64,000 bases of DNA from Candidatus Enterocola sp. GTDB taxonomy: Bacteria > Bacteroidota > Bacteroidia > Bacteroidales > Paludibacteraceae. Within the stretch, counting starts at the first letter, position 1; each line of letters opens with the position of its first letter. The stretch lies in contig JAZKXZ010000025.1 in the NCBI GenBank assembly GCA_045611845.1, positions 190,077-254,076 on the forward strand, read 5' to 3'. The translations under genes and the position numbers were made by a program. This document shows positions 43,720 through 52,300 of the stretch, one piece after another. The notes below the pieces were generated by a model. The model did not search any database, was not told where the DNA came from, and was given only the letters and a program-made list of their open reading frames with translations.

Positions 43720-46700
43720 TTACCCAATCCCCTTAAACACCTCGAGCGCTTGGCTTACCGATGGCATTGGGTCGATGATGAGCATGCGTTTGCCTTTGTC
43801 TTCTTTGAAGACGCAGGTGTGGTAGTTGGCAAGGGCGTATTCCAACATTTTGTTGAAGATAGGAGACTGGTAGTATGGTGACTCGAAATTGCTAATGAAA
43901 TATGCTGTTAGGCGTTTGTTTTTAAGCGTTAGCTTTTCGATGCCAAGTTGCATACCAAGTTGGCGCAAGCGAACCACATTGATAAGTTCTTTGGTAATTT
44001 CTGGAATTGGACCAAAACGGTCTTCAAGTTCTTTTTCAAAGGCTAAAAGTTTATCTTCATCTTTTGTGTTGTCGAGTCTGCGATAAAGGTCGATACGTTC
44101 AGAAATACTTTCCACATATTCGTTAGGGAATAGAAGTTCCATATCTGATTCAAAAATACAGTCGGTGGTGAAGTTTCTAATTTCTTCTTGAATTTCTTCT
44201 TCGAAAATATCAGAGAACTCGTTGTATTTTAGCTCGTGAATAGCCTCGTCGAGTATTCGGTGGTAGGTTTCATAACCAAGGTCTGTAACAAAACCACTTT
44301 GTTCGCCACCAAGGATATTACCCGCTCCACGTATATCTAGGTCTTGCATAGCAATATGAATGCCACTACCAAGGTCTGAGAAATTTTCAATGGCTTGAAG
44401 ACGGCGACGAGAGTCGGCTGGCAGTGTGCTAAGCGGTGGTGAGATAAGATAACAGAATGCTTTTTTGTTTGTTCTACCCACGCGACCGCGCAATTGGTGA
44501 AGGTCACTCAATCCATAGTTTTGTGCTGAATTTATAAAGATGGTATTCACATTTGGAATATCAATACCAGATTCAATTATAGTGGTGGCAAGAAGAATAT
44601 CATATTCATAATTGATGAAATTAAGAATAATTTCTTCAAGTTTTTCGCTATCCATTTGGCCGTGACCCACGCATATACGTGCTTTAGGCACAAGTCGGCG
44701 TATCTTGTCTTCTAGTTCTGGCAAGTTGCCCACTCTGTTGTTTACAAAGAAAATCTGACCTCCACGACTTATTTCATATTCAATTGCATCCTTAATTGTA
44801 TCGTCATCAAAACCAATAAGTTCTGTTTGCACAGGGTATCTATTTGGCGGAGGTGTGTTAATAACAGAAAGGTCGCGCGCACCCATAAGTGAAAACTGCA
44901 GGGTACGTGGAATAGGGGTGGCAGTAAGTGTAAGGGTGTCAACATTTGCCTTAATGGTTTTAAGTTTTTCCTTTGCGCTTACGCCAAATTTTTGTTCCTC
45001 GTCTATAATAAGCAGACCAAGGTCTTTGAATTTTACTTCTTTGCTTAGCAGTTTGTGTGTGCCAATAAGTATATCAATTCTGCCTTCGGCAAGTTCTTCA
45101 AGTATCTTTTTTACGTCGACTGCTTTTCTTGCCCTTGATAGGTATTCTATTCTGCAAGGGAAGCGTTTTAACCTACGCGAAAAACTTTTGAAGTGTTGAA
45201 ATGCAAGCACAGTTGTAGGCACAAGCACTGCCACTTGTTTGCTATCGGTAACGGCTTTAAATGCAGCACGCATAGCAATTTCTGTTTTGCCGAAGCCAAC
45301 GTCGCCACAAATAAGTCGGTCCATTGGCTTGCTGCTCTCCATATCCTTTTTCACCATCACAGTGGCTTTTTGTTGGTCTGGAGTGTCTTCGTAAATAAAT
45401 GAAGACTCAAGCTCTTGTTGTAGATAACTATCTTTTGAATAGCTGAAACCTTTTTCTGCCTTACGTTTTGCATAAAGGGCAATAAGCTCACGCGCAATCT
45501 CTTTAACCTTTTTCTTTGCTTTTTCTTTTAGGTTACTCCAACTTGCTGTGCCCAGTTTGTTAAGTGTTGGCGGCTCGCCGTCTTTGCTCTTGTATTTTGA
45601 AATGCGGTGCAGAGAGTGGATGTTTACAAAAACAATATCGTTGTTTCTAAACAAAAGTTTTACCACTTCTTGCATTTTGCCGTTGATTTCTGTGCGTATA
45701 AGTCCGCCAAATTTGCCTATGCCATGGTCCACGTGTACCACAAAGTCGCCCACTTGCAGTTGGGTAAGTTCTTTGAGAGACATTACCACCTTGCCCGCAC
45801 GTGTTTTGTTCGACTTAAGTGAATATTTATGGTAACGTTCAAATATCTGGTGGTCTGTGTAAACACAAATCTTCAAGTCGTGGTCGATAAAACCTTCGTG
45901 AACTATGTTTATAACAGGGGTGAAACTGATATGCTCTGGGCGGTCGGCAAGTATTTCTTTTAGTCGGTCTATTTGTTTGGCGTTGTCGCTAAGCACAAGC
46001 ACCTGGTAACCTTGGCTTTGAAACTCCTGGAAGTTGCTTGCCACAAGGTCGAAGTTTTTGTGAAATACGCCTTGAATGCCTTGATTGAAACTAATCGATT
46101 TCTTGCTGCTAAAGAAGTTTCTCACGCCCCATTCAATGCATTTGTGCTCTCTGCACTGAGCATTGAAGTCTTCTTGGCTTATAAAAAGTGAAGTTTCGGC
46201 GTTTTCGTTTGATATTTGTTTGATAATATCTTGTGTGTAGGCGGCATCGATAAAACCAAGTACAAAATCCTTTGGGAAATATTCAAAAACGCTTACAAGT
46301 TCTTCTTCTACAGTGTTTTGCAGAATATTTGAAACAATAGAAATCTCGTCTAACGACTCTACAGAAAGTTGGTTTTCTATGTCGAAACTTCTAATGCTAT
46401 CTATCTCGTCGTCCCAAAAATCGACACGATATGGAAGGTCGTTTGAATATGAAAATACGTCTAAAATACTACCTCTTATAGAATACTGACCTGGCTCGTA
46501 AACAAAATCTACTCGTTCAAAACCATAGTCGGTAAGCATTTCGCTTAAGGTATTTAGGTCTGCACTTTCGCCCGCTTTTAGGGTTAAACTTTCAGACTCA
46601 AGTGCTTTTGGTTTTACCACAAGTTCGGCTAGTGCCTCTGGATAAGTAACCACTACCTTTGCCTGATTTTTGCTCAGTGCATTTAGGGTTTCGGTTCTAA

Positions 46701-47013
46701 GTACTAGGTTTGCACCATCTTTTTGTAGGTCGGCTCTTACTTTCTTTTTGTATGAAGAAGGAAAGTAAAATACTTCGGTGCTTTGCGAAAGTTGTAGTAT
46801 GTCGTTGTAGAAATAACCTGCTTCTTCTGCGTCTCGAAGCACGTAAAGTGCCTTGGCGTCAGCCTTTTTCTGAGCGGTATGCACAAAAAGGGCAGGGGCA
46901 GAACCAAACATTCCGCCTAATTTAAGGAACTTTGAAGTACTCGAAAACCACTTTTCGATTTCCTTATACCCCTCGCTCCCCGCTATAATCTTTACTAAGT
47001 CGTTTATATTCAT
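43720..47013 (-). CDS. mfd: Transcription-repair coupling factor Mfd
   Basis: 1097 aa with a UvrB-homology N-terminus and an RNAP-interaction domain. The superfamily-2 translocase has GDVGFGKTE, DEEQKFGV and QLRGRVGR, followed by the TRG/C-terminal domain. Confidence 0.97.
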   Translation of the reverse strand: MNINDLVKIIAGSEGYKEIEKWFSSTSKFLKLGGMFGSAPALFVHTAQKKADAKALYVLRDAEEAGYFYNDILQLSQSTEVFYFPSSYKKKVRADLQKDGANLVLRTETLNALSKNQAKVVVTYPEALAELVVKPKALESESLTLKAGESADLNTLSEMLTDYGFERVDFVYEPGQYSIRGSILDVFSYSNDLPYRVDFWDDEIDSIRSFDIENQLSVESLDEISIVSNILQNTVEEELVSVFEYFPKDFVLGFIDAAYTQDIIKQISNENAETSLFISQEDFNAQCREHKCIEWGVRNFFSSKKSISFNQGIQGVFHKNFDLVASNFQEFQSQGYQVLVLSDNAKQIDRLKEILADRPEHISFTPVINIVHEGFIDHDLKICVYTDHQIFERYHKYSLKSNKTRAGKVVMSLKELTQLQVGDFVVHVDHGIGKFGGLIRTEINGKMQEVVKLLFRNNDIVFVNIHSLHRISKYKSKDGEPPTLNKLGTASWSNLKEKAKKKVKEIARELIALYAKRKAEKGFSYSKDSYLQQELESSFIYEDTPDQQKATVMVKKDMESSKPMDRLICGDVGFGKTEIAMRAAFKAVTDSKQVAVLVPTTVLAFQHFKSFSRRLKRFPCRIEYLSRARKAVDVKKILEELAEGRIDILIGTHKLLSKEVKFKDLGLLIIDEEQKFGVSAKEKLKTIKANVDTLTLTATPIPRTLQFSLMGARDLSVINTPPPNRYPVQTELIGFDDDTIKDAIEYEISRGGQIFFVNNRVGNLPELEDKIRRLVPKARICVGHGQMDSEKLEEIILNFINYEYDILLATTIIESGIDIPNVNTIFINSAQNYGLSDLHQLRGRVGRTNKKAFCYLISPPLSTLPADSRRRLQAIENFSDLGSGIHIAMQDLDIRGAGNILGGEQSGFVTDLGYETYHRILDEAIHELKYNEFSDIFEEEIQEEIRNFTTDCIFESDMELLFPNEYVESISERIDLYRRLDNTKDEDKLLAFEKELEDRFGPIPEITKELINVVRLRQLGMQLGIEKLTLKNKRLTAYFISNFESPYYQSPIFNKMLEYALANYHTCVFKEDKGKRMLIIDPMPSVSQALEVFKGIG

Positions 47014-47096
47014 AACAACGTGGACACAAAAATAATAATAAAATTTCTTAAACTTGATTGAAAGTCATTTTTTTTCTGTAAGTTTGTATGTTAGAA

Positions 47097-47843
47097 ATGA
47101 AAAATACTATGTCAAAGAATCTAGTACTTATTCCTACATATAACGAAAAGGAAAATATAGAGGCAATAATTAGAGCAGTGTTTGCACTGCCAGTGGCGTT
47201 TGAAATTTTGGTGATTGACGACAATTCACCTGATGGCACGGCTGCTATTGTAAAAAATCTGCAAAAGGAATTTACATCAAATCTTCATATCCTTGAGCGT
47301 CCTGGTAAGCAAGGTTTGGGAAGAGCCTACATAGCAGGTTTCGACTGGGCTATAGCAAACAAATATGACTACATTTTTGAGATGGACGCAGACTTCTCTC
47401 ACAATCCAAACGACCTTGTGCGTCTTTATAAAGCTTGCGCCGAAGAGGGTGCCGATGTGGCAGTGGGTTCTCGTTATGTGTCTGGTGTAAATGTGGTGAA
47501 CTGGCCAATGGGACGTGTGCTTATGTCTTATTTTGCGTCTAAATATGTTCGTTTTGTAACAGGTATTCCTGTGGCAGATACTACTGCGGGCTTTGTTTGC
47601 TACTCTCGCAAAGTGCTAGAAACAATAGAACTTGATAAGATTAAATTTGTGGGCTATGCCTTCCAAATTGAAATGAAATTTACTGCATACAAGTGTGGAT
47701 TTAAAATTAAAGAAGTGCCTATTATCTTTGTAAACCGTGAACTTGGTACTTCAAAAATGAGTGGTGGTATTTTTAGTGAAGCGCTTCTAGGCGTGTTGAA
47801 ACTTAAAATCCGCTCTTGGTTTCGTAAATATCCAACTGCATAG
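47097..47843 (+). CDS. GT2 polyprenol-monophosphomannose (dolichyl-phosphate beta-D-mannosyl) transferase
   Basis: LVLIPTYNEKENI, VIDDNSPDGT, GKQGLGRAY and EMDADFSH. A TAAGTTTG -7 box at 47079-47086 makes the track start at 47088 unlikely. ATG at 47097 or 47109 is preferred. Confidence 0.88.
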   Translation: MKNTMSKNLVLIPTYNEKENIEAIIRAVFALPVAFEILVIDDNSPDGTAAIVKNLQKEFTSNLHILERPGKQGLGRAYIAGFDWAIANKYDYIFEMDADFSHNPNDLVRLYKACAEEGADVAVGSRYVSGVNVVNWPMGRVLMSYFASKYVRFVTGIPVADTTAGFVCYSRKVLETIELDKIKFVGYAFQIEMKFTAYKCGFKIKEVPIIFVNRELGTSKMSGGIFSEALLGVLKLKIRSWFRKYPTA

Positions 47844-47855
47844 TTTTGATGAACA

Positions 47856-49196
47856 ATGATTTTAATAGAAAATGCTCATATAGTGAACGAGGGTCGCGTG
47901 TTTAAGGGCGCGGTGCTTGTGAAAAATGATATAATAGACAGTATTTATAAAGGCGAAGTGCCTGCTTCGGTGCGTGAAAAGGCTGAGGTGATTGATGCCT
48001 CAGATTGTTATCTAATGCCAGGTGTGATAGATGACCATGTGCATTTTCGCGACCCAGGCATGACAGAAAAGGCAGATTTCTACACAGAAAGTAAAGCTGC
48101 TCTTGCAGGCGGTGTAACATCTGTAATGGATATGCCAAACACCAATCCTTCTACTGTGTCGCTTGCTGCGTGGGAAGAAAAAATGGCTATGATAGGCGAG
48201 AAGTCGCTTGTAAACTATAGTTGTTATCTTGGTGCAAGCAATACCAATTTGGATGAAGTCTTGGAGGCAGACCCAACAAAAGTGTGCGGTATAAAACTAT
48301 TTATTGGTTCTTCAACTGGCAATCTTCTTGTGGACGATGCCACTGCTATGGAAAATTTCTTTAAACAAGTGAAAACCCTTGTAGCAGTGCATACCGAAGA
48401 TAATGCTATAATTGCTGCAAACGTGGCTCGACTTAAAGCAGAACACGGCGACGACCTTCCTGTGCGTCTTCACCCTGTAATTCGCTCACACGAGGCTTGT
48501 TATAAAGCTACTTCATTTGCAGTAGATATGGCACGTAAGTATAAAACTCGCTTGCATGTACTTCATATTAGCACAGAAAAAGAACTTGCACTATTTGAAG
48601 ATAAGCCACTTGCTGAAAAACATATCACTGCAGAAACTTGTCCTCAATACCTTTGGTTCGATGCTGCCGATTTCGACAAACTAGGAGCACGCATCAAATG
48701 TAACCCTGCAATTAAAAACGAAGCAGATAAAAAAGCACTTTTAAAAGCTGTGGCTTCTAACAAAATTGATGTAATTGGCACAGATCATGCTCCACACCTT
48801 CTTTCACAAAAAGAGGGCAATGCCCTAACAGCAGTGTCTGGTATGCCAGGTATTCAATACTCACTGCCACTTATGCTCACCCTTGCAAAACGTGGTTTCT
48901 TCTCAGTGGAACAAGTGGTAGACAAAATGTGCCACAATCCTGCACGTTTGTATCGCATGGAAAAACGTGGTTTCATAAGAAAAGGTTACAAAGCCGATTT
49001 AGTTGTGGTGCGTCGCAGCACTCCTACAAAAATTACCGCCTCAGACGTGCTTTCAAAATGTGGATGGTCGCCATACGAAGGCGTAGAATTACCAGTTTCT
49101 GTTGCCTACACATTTGTAAATGGTCGCCCAGTCTACTCAAATGGCACTATAGACGAAACCACCAAAGGTGAAGCATTGAAATTTGCAACAGTATAG
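47856..49196 (+). CDS. pyrC: Dihydroorotase (long, allantoinase-like type)
   Basis: PGVIDDHVHFRDPG, ...VHTED..., LHVLHIST, AETCPQYL and GTDHAPH, the amidohydrolase/dihydroorotase motifs. Confidence 0.9.
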   Translation: MILIENAHIVNEGRVFKGAVLVKNDIIDSIYKGEVPASVREKAEVIDASDCYLMPGVIDDHVHFRDPGMTEKADFYTESKAALAGGVTSVMDMPNTNPSTVSLAAWEEKMAMIGEKSLVNYSCYLGASNTNLDEVLEADPTKVCGIKLFIGSSTGNLLVDDATAMENFFKQVKTLVAVHTEDNAIIAANVARLKAEHGDDLPVRLHPVIRSHEACYKATSFAVDMARKYKTRLHVLHISTEKELALFEDKPLAEKHITAETCPQYLWFDAADFDKLGARIKCNPAIKNEADKKALLKAVASNKIDVIGTDHAPHLLSQKEGNALTAVSGMPGIQYSLPLMLTLAKRGFFSVEQVVDKMCHNPARLYRMEKRGFIRKGYKADLVVVRRSTPTKITASDVLSKCGWSPYEGVELPVSVAYTFVNGRPVYSNGTIDETTKGEALKFATV

Positions 49197-49290
49197 TTTT
49201 TAGAGCGTCTAAAAGAGTTAGGTTTTATAGTTAGAGTGGGGGCTGATAAAGGTGGTTCGTGGAAAGTTTTGAAATAAGATTAAAAAGTCT

Positions 49291-49298
49291 TACATTTG
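49291..49298 (+). promoter_or_regulatory. Candidate -7 promoter box TACATTTG for the second structured RNA locus
   Basis: Exact TAnnTTTG match on the plus strand, ~90 nt upstream of the long hairpin. Confidence 0.3.
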
Positions 49299-49384
49299 TA
49301 TAGATAAAAAAAGAGAAATTTAAGGTATATAGAAAATAGAATTGTAAAATAGAAATATAATTATTCAAGAAGCGTTATGCTTAT

Positions 49385-49536
49385 CTTGTAACTGAAAACC
49401 TAGGAAATTTTCATAAAACACAAGAGGTGCATAGTGGTTCTCACGTTATGCGTGGGCTGCTATTTCTACACTTTTGTGTTTGGGTTATCCTAGGACCTTC
49501 AGTTACAAGTGTGGTATAGTAGTTCCACGCTTTTTT
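49385..49536 (+). ncRNA. Candidate structured RNA (125-nt rod-like hairpin plus intrinsic terminator) upstream of a membrane-protein ORF
   Basis: Stems are 49385-96/49498-509 (CTTGTAACTGAA/TTCAGTTACAAG) and 49399-405/49488-94 (CCTAGGA/TCCTAGG). A third stem is 49416-26/49471-81 (AAACACAAGAG/CTTTTGTGTTT, one G-U), with an apical GCATA..TATGC hairpin. A terminator AGTGTGG/CCACGCT (49508-14/49525-31, one U-G) with a T6 run follows. The G-U pairs only work on the plus strand. Confidence 0.35.
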
Positions 49537-49587
49537 CATGTTAAATAATTTCTTCAAAGGGACGGGAAGTATTCAAACAAAGTTATT

Positions 49588-50319
49588 ATGGTAATTGTTT
49601 TTTTAATTCCAATTGTTTTTATTATTCTTATTGTGTGTGCATTTGCTTCAAACGCAAAGGATGAAAGTGCTAAGAATGATTTAGAATCACATCTAAATGA
49701 GATTAAATTTGAATATGCAAAAAAGTATTCATTTAAAAAAGATGGAAACTATGTTTTATTTGCGTGTGATAAGGATAATTCAGAGATAGTTGTTATTGAT
49801 AGAGTATTTGGTGAAATAAATGAATTAGATAGAATTAATTATAAATTTGATATGTTATATTCAAATTTGGATTTGATTGAGTCTAGTGATATTAAAAGAA
49901 TATTATTATTGATAAATAAGGAGTTAAAGCAAATATTATATATTGATTTTGATAAATCCTTAGAAAAAAAATATCTTAATTGGTCTGATATTTTATCTAT
50001 AGAGTTGATGAGTGAAACTAAGAGTGTAACAAATAGAAGCACTTCATCAACTGTAGGTAGAGCTATTGTTGGAGGTGTTATAGGTGGAGGGGTTGGTGCA
50101 ATTATAGGTGGAACTACAGGAAGTTCTACAACTATAAATAGTGAGAATTGTTACGGAGTAAGAATCTATACTAGATTATTAGATATACCATATATAGAGT
50201 TAAGATTAAAAGATTATATGAAGGATAATGATTATTTATACAAATCTAAGGTAGAAAAAGAAATAAGAGATATCTATAGTATATTCTCAATTATTATTGA
50301 TTCTGAAAGAAATAAGTAG
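49588..50319 (+). CDS. Hypothetical membrane protein with N-terminal TM helix and internal glycine-zipper segment
   Basis: MVIVFLIPIVFIILIVCAFA is a TM helix. GRAIVGGVIGGGVGAIIGGTTGSS is a glycine zipper. The gene is AT-rich, Lys/Asn/Ile-rich and of no family I recognise. Confidence 0.55.
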   Translation: MVIVFLIPIVFIILIVCAFASNAKDESAKNDLESHLNEIKFEYAKKYSFKKDGNYVLFACDKDNSEIVVIDRVFGEINELDRINYKFDMLYSNLDLIESSDIKRILLLINKELKQILYIDFDKSLEKKYLNWSDILSIELMSETKSVTNRSTSSTVGRAIVGGVIGGGVGAIIGGTTGSSTTINSENCYGVRIYTRLLDIPYIELRLKDYMKDNDYLYKSKVEKEIRDIYSIFSIIIDSERNK

Positions 50320-50334
50320 AATAATCTAATACAC

Positions 50335-50364
50335 TCCCTCTGAGAAAATTAGAACTCAGAGGGA
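50335..50364. terminator. Bidirectional hairpin terminator
   Basis: TCCCTCTGAG (50335-50344) / CTCAGAGGGA (50355-50364), between convergent genes. Confidence 0.7.
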
Positions 50365-50375
50365 ATTTTATTGTA

Positions 50376-50744
50376 TTAATGGCTAAGCCAACTTATTAAT
50401 GACATAAATGTGGCAAAAAGAACTGCACATAGTAAAATCGTAGCAGCAACAAGGAATAAAAAAAGAATAGGTGCTAAAATTCTGCCAAGTTTAGAGTGAA
50501 TTGCTTTTTGAATTTTTGATAAATTCTCTGTTGTATCTATTTTTTCTAGGGGAACAAAAATCCACATAAGCCAATAGATTATTATTGGGATAAAAATTAA
50601 TTCAGGCAAACTTTTAAGCATTAAAATTGGAAAACCGAATAATAATCTCATAAGTGAGAGGTCTTTATTAAAATATTTGGCGATACCACTAACAACACCA
50701 CCTAATATACTATTCCTAGGGTCTCTATATAATTTCTTCTTCAT
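50376..50744 (-). CDS. PspC domain-containing membrane protein
   Basis: KLYRDPRNSILGGVVSGIAKYFNKDLSLMRLLF is the PspC domain. Further TM helices follow. Confidence 0.8.
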   Translation of the reverse strand: MKKKLYRDPRNSILGGVVSGIAKYFNKDLSLMRLLFGFPILMLKSLPELIFIPIIIYWLMWIFVPLEKIDTTENLSKIQKAIHSKLGRILAPILFLFLVAATILLCAVLFATFMSLISWLSH

Positions 50745-50774
50745 TAAATTAGTGTGTGTTTCTTGTAAATACTA

Positions 50775-51953
50775 TTAATACTCAAATCCAAACATCCAAA
50801 GGGGGATGGTGTGTTGGAAGGCGGTTTCGATGCCGTCTTTTACTACGTATCCTTTTTTAGGGTCTATGCTGGCTAATTGTTTTTTTGTTTTGTTTTTGCC
50901 TCCTATTTCAAATGTGAGGCCGTCTATTTCAAAGTCTGATGTATTTGAGGCAGAAACAAAGTGATTAACACTTAACCATGCAAAGAATATTGATTCTCTG
51001 ATTTGGCCTATATTGGGCTCTGTTTCTGAAAGAATATGAGAAAGGTTAGGATTTTGAAGATATACTTTTTCTACTTTTTCTAATAATTTGATTCCTTGAG
51101 CTTTCTCTTTTAATAAACTAATTAAACCTGTTTTCTCTAAGTATAGTAAATATTTAGGTAGGGTGTTTCTAGAGATTTCTAAATCGCGTTCCAATTTGGC
51201 ATAATTAGGTTTAAATGGTACGCTTTGTGCTAATACATAAAGGAATTTCTTTAATTTATATACAGAAGCTACATCAAAATCGGCAAACTTTGGAATGTCG
51301 TCTTCAACCACTTGTTTAACTACGCCTGATAGTCGCATAGCGTAATTACCTTCTTTAAAGAAAGGATAGTATCCCTCTTTTAAGTACATCTCAAAATGTG
51401 GTAGGGGTTTATCTAATTCCTTTGGAAATTCTACTTTCCCTTCTAGTATTTCTGATAATGTATATTTTGGTAATTCAATTCCTGTTTTAATAATAAGATA
51501 TTCTCTAAAACTTAAACCAGGTAAGTAATATTCTAATTTTCTGCGACTTAAATCTGCACCACCTTTTTCTAATTCTAAAATAGAAGATCCACTATATACA
51601 ACTTTTAAATCTGGCATCTTGTCATAGATGTTTTTTATTTCTGTTGACCAACCTTTATATTTATGTATTTCATCTATATATAAGTGTTTGCCTCCGTATA
51701 GTCTAAACTCGTTTGCTAGTTCTTCAAGTCGGTGTGTGGTAAAATAAAAATCATCTGCTGTTACATATAGGGTTGTGTTAATATCCTCGTATAGGCGAAT
51801 ATGTTGCAAAATCATTGTAGTTTTTCCTGTACCTCTTGAACCCAAGATAGCAACAAGACGGCTATTCCAGTCTATGTCATTATGCTTTTCACGTACATAA
51901 GTAGTATCGGTATTACTTATTAGGTTTTTATATGTTGCAAATAGATTTTCCAT
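50775..51953 (-). CDS. AAA+ ATPase (AAA_14 plus DUF4143 type, COG1373-like)
   Basis: Walker A GSRGTGKTT and Walker B LYIDEIHKY. The C-terminal part (FFAWL...FEIDG.TFEIGGKNK) is typical of DUF4143 proteins. A CAAAAATA -7 box lies at 51976-51983. Confidence 0.85.
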   Translation of the reverse strand: MENLFATYKNLISNTDTTYVREKHNDIDWNSRLVAILGSRGTGKTTMILQHIRLYEDINTTLYVTADDFYFTTHRLEELANEFRLYGGKHLYIDEIHKYKGWSTEIKNIYDKMPDLKVVYSGSSILELEKGGADLSRRKLEYYLPGLSFREYLIIKTGIELPKYTLSEILEGKVEFPKELDKPLPHFEMYLKEGYYPFFKEGNYAMRLSGVVKQVVEDDIPKFADFDVASVYKLKKFLYVLAQSVPFKPNYAKLERDLEISRNTLPKYLLYLEKTGLISLLKEKAQGIKLLEKVEKVYLQNPNLSHILSETEPNIGQIRESIFFAWLSVNHFVSASNTSDFEIDGLTFEIGGKNKTKKQLASIDPKKGYVVKDGIETAFQHTIPLWMFGFEY

Positions 51954-52031
51954 AGTATCTTATATTTTCTTATGGCAAAAATAATACTTTTTTCTAAATC
52001 TGCATAGTCAAATGTGCAAAAAATACAAAAA

Positions 52032-52088
52032 GTGCACAATGAACAATGCAATTTTAATAAAAAACTGCACAATAGACCGTGCAATTTT
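52032..52088. promoter_or_regulatory. Two 24-nt direct repeats in the divergent intergenic region upstream of the T6SS operon
   Basis: GTGCACAATGAACAATGCAATTTT (52032-52055) and CTGCACAATAGACCGTGCAATTTT (52065-52088) start 33 nt apart. A partial third copy TGTGCAAAAAAT lies at ~52013. Confidence 0.3.
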
Positions 52089-52300
52089 TTCTAAAATTCC
52101 AAAAAATCCTCCAAACCTCCCCAATAAACCACATCTTTTTTAGACTCCCCCTAAACTTCTAAAGTTAAAATAAATAAGGATTGAGTTAAGATTTTAGCAA
52201 TAGTTAAGTTTACATTGTTTAAAATAAATTGTTGCATGATAAACGGATGTTAAGGAAGCGGGGCTATTGTTGTAATTTCTTAAGGAAAGTAACAACGGAT

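Noticed and set aside
49238-49246. GGGGGCTGA, which resembles the 5' end of tmRNA.
   Set aside because: There is no matching 3' tRNA-like arm ending in CCA, no T-arm (GGTTCGA-like) and no tag reading frame within the next 400 nt. I take it as a chance match.
52229-52300. Upstream-extended starts offered by the ORF track: TTG 52229 (clpV), TTG 40942 (HEPN), TTG 57783, GTG 14400, 12514 (MATE), 10743, 56430 (hcp), 30085 (HsdR_N), 47088 (GT2) and 1443 (Cys-rich peptide).
   Set aside because: The extensions use non-ATG codons or run into TAnnTTTG promoter boxes, add residues not seen in paralogues or family N-termini, and an in-frame ATG with a sensible N-terminus follows shortly after.
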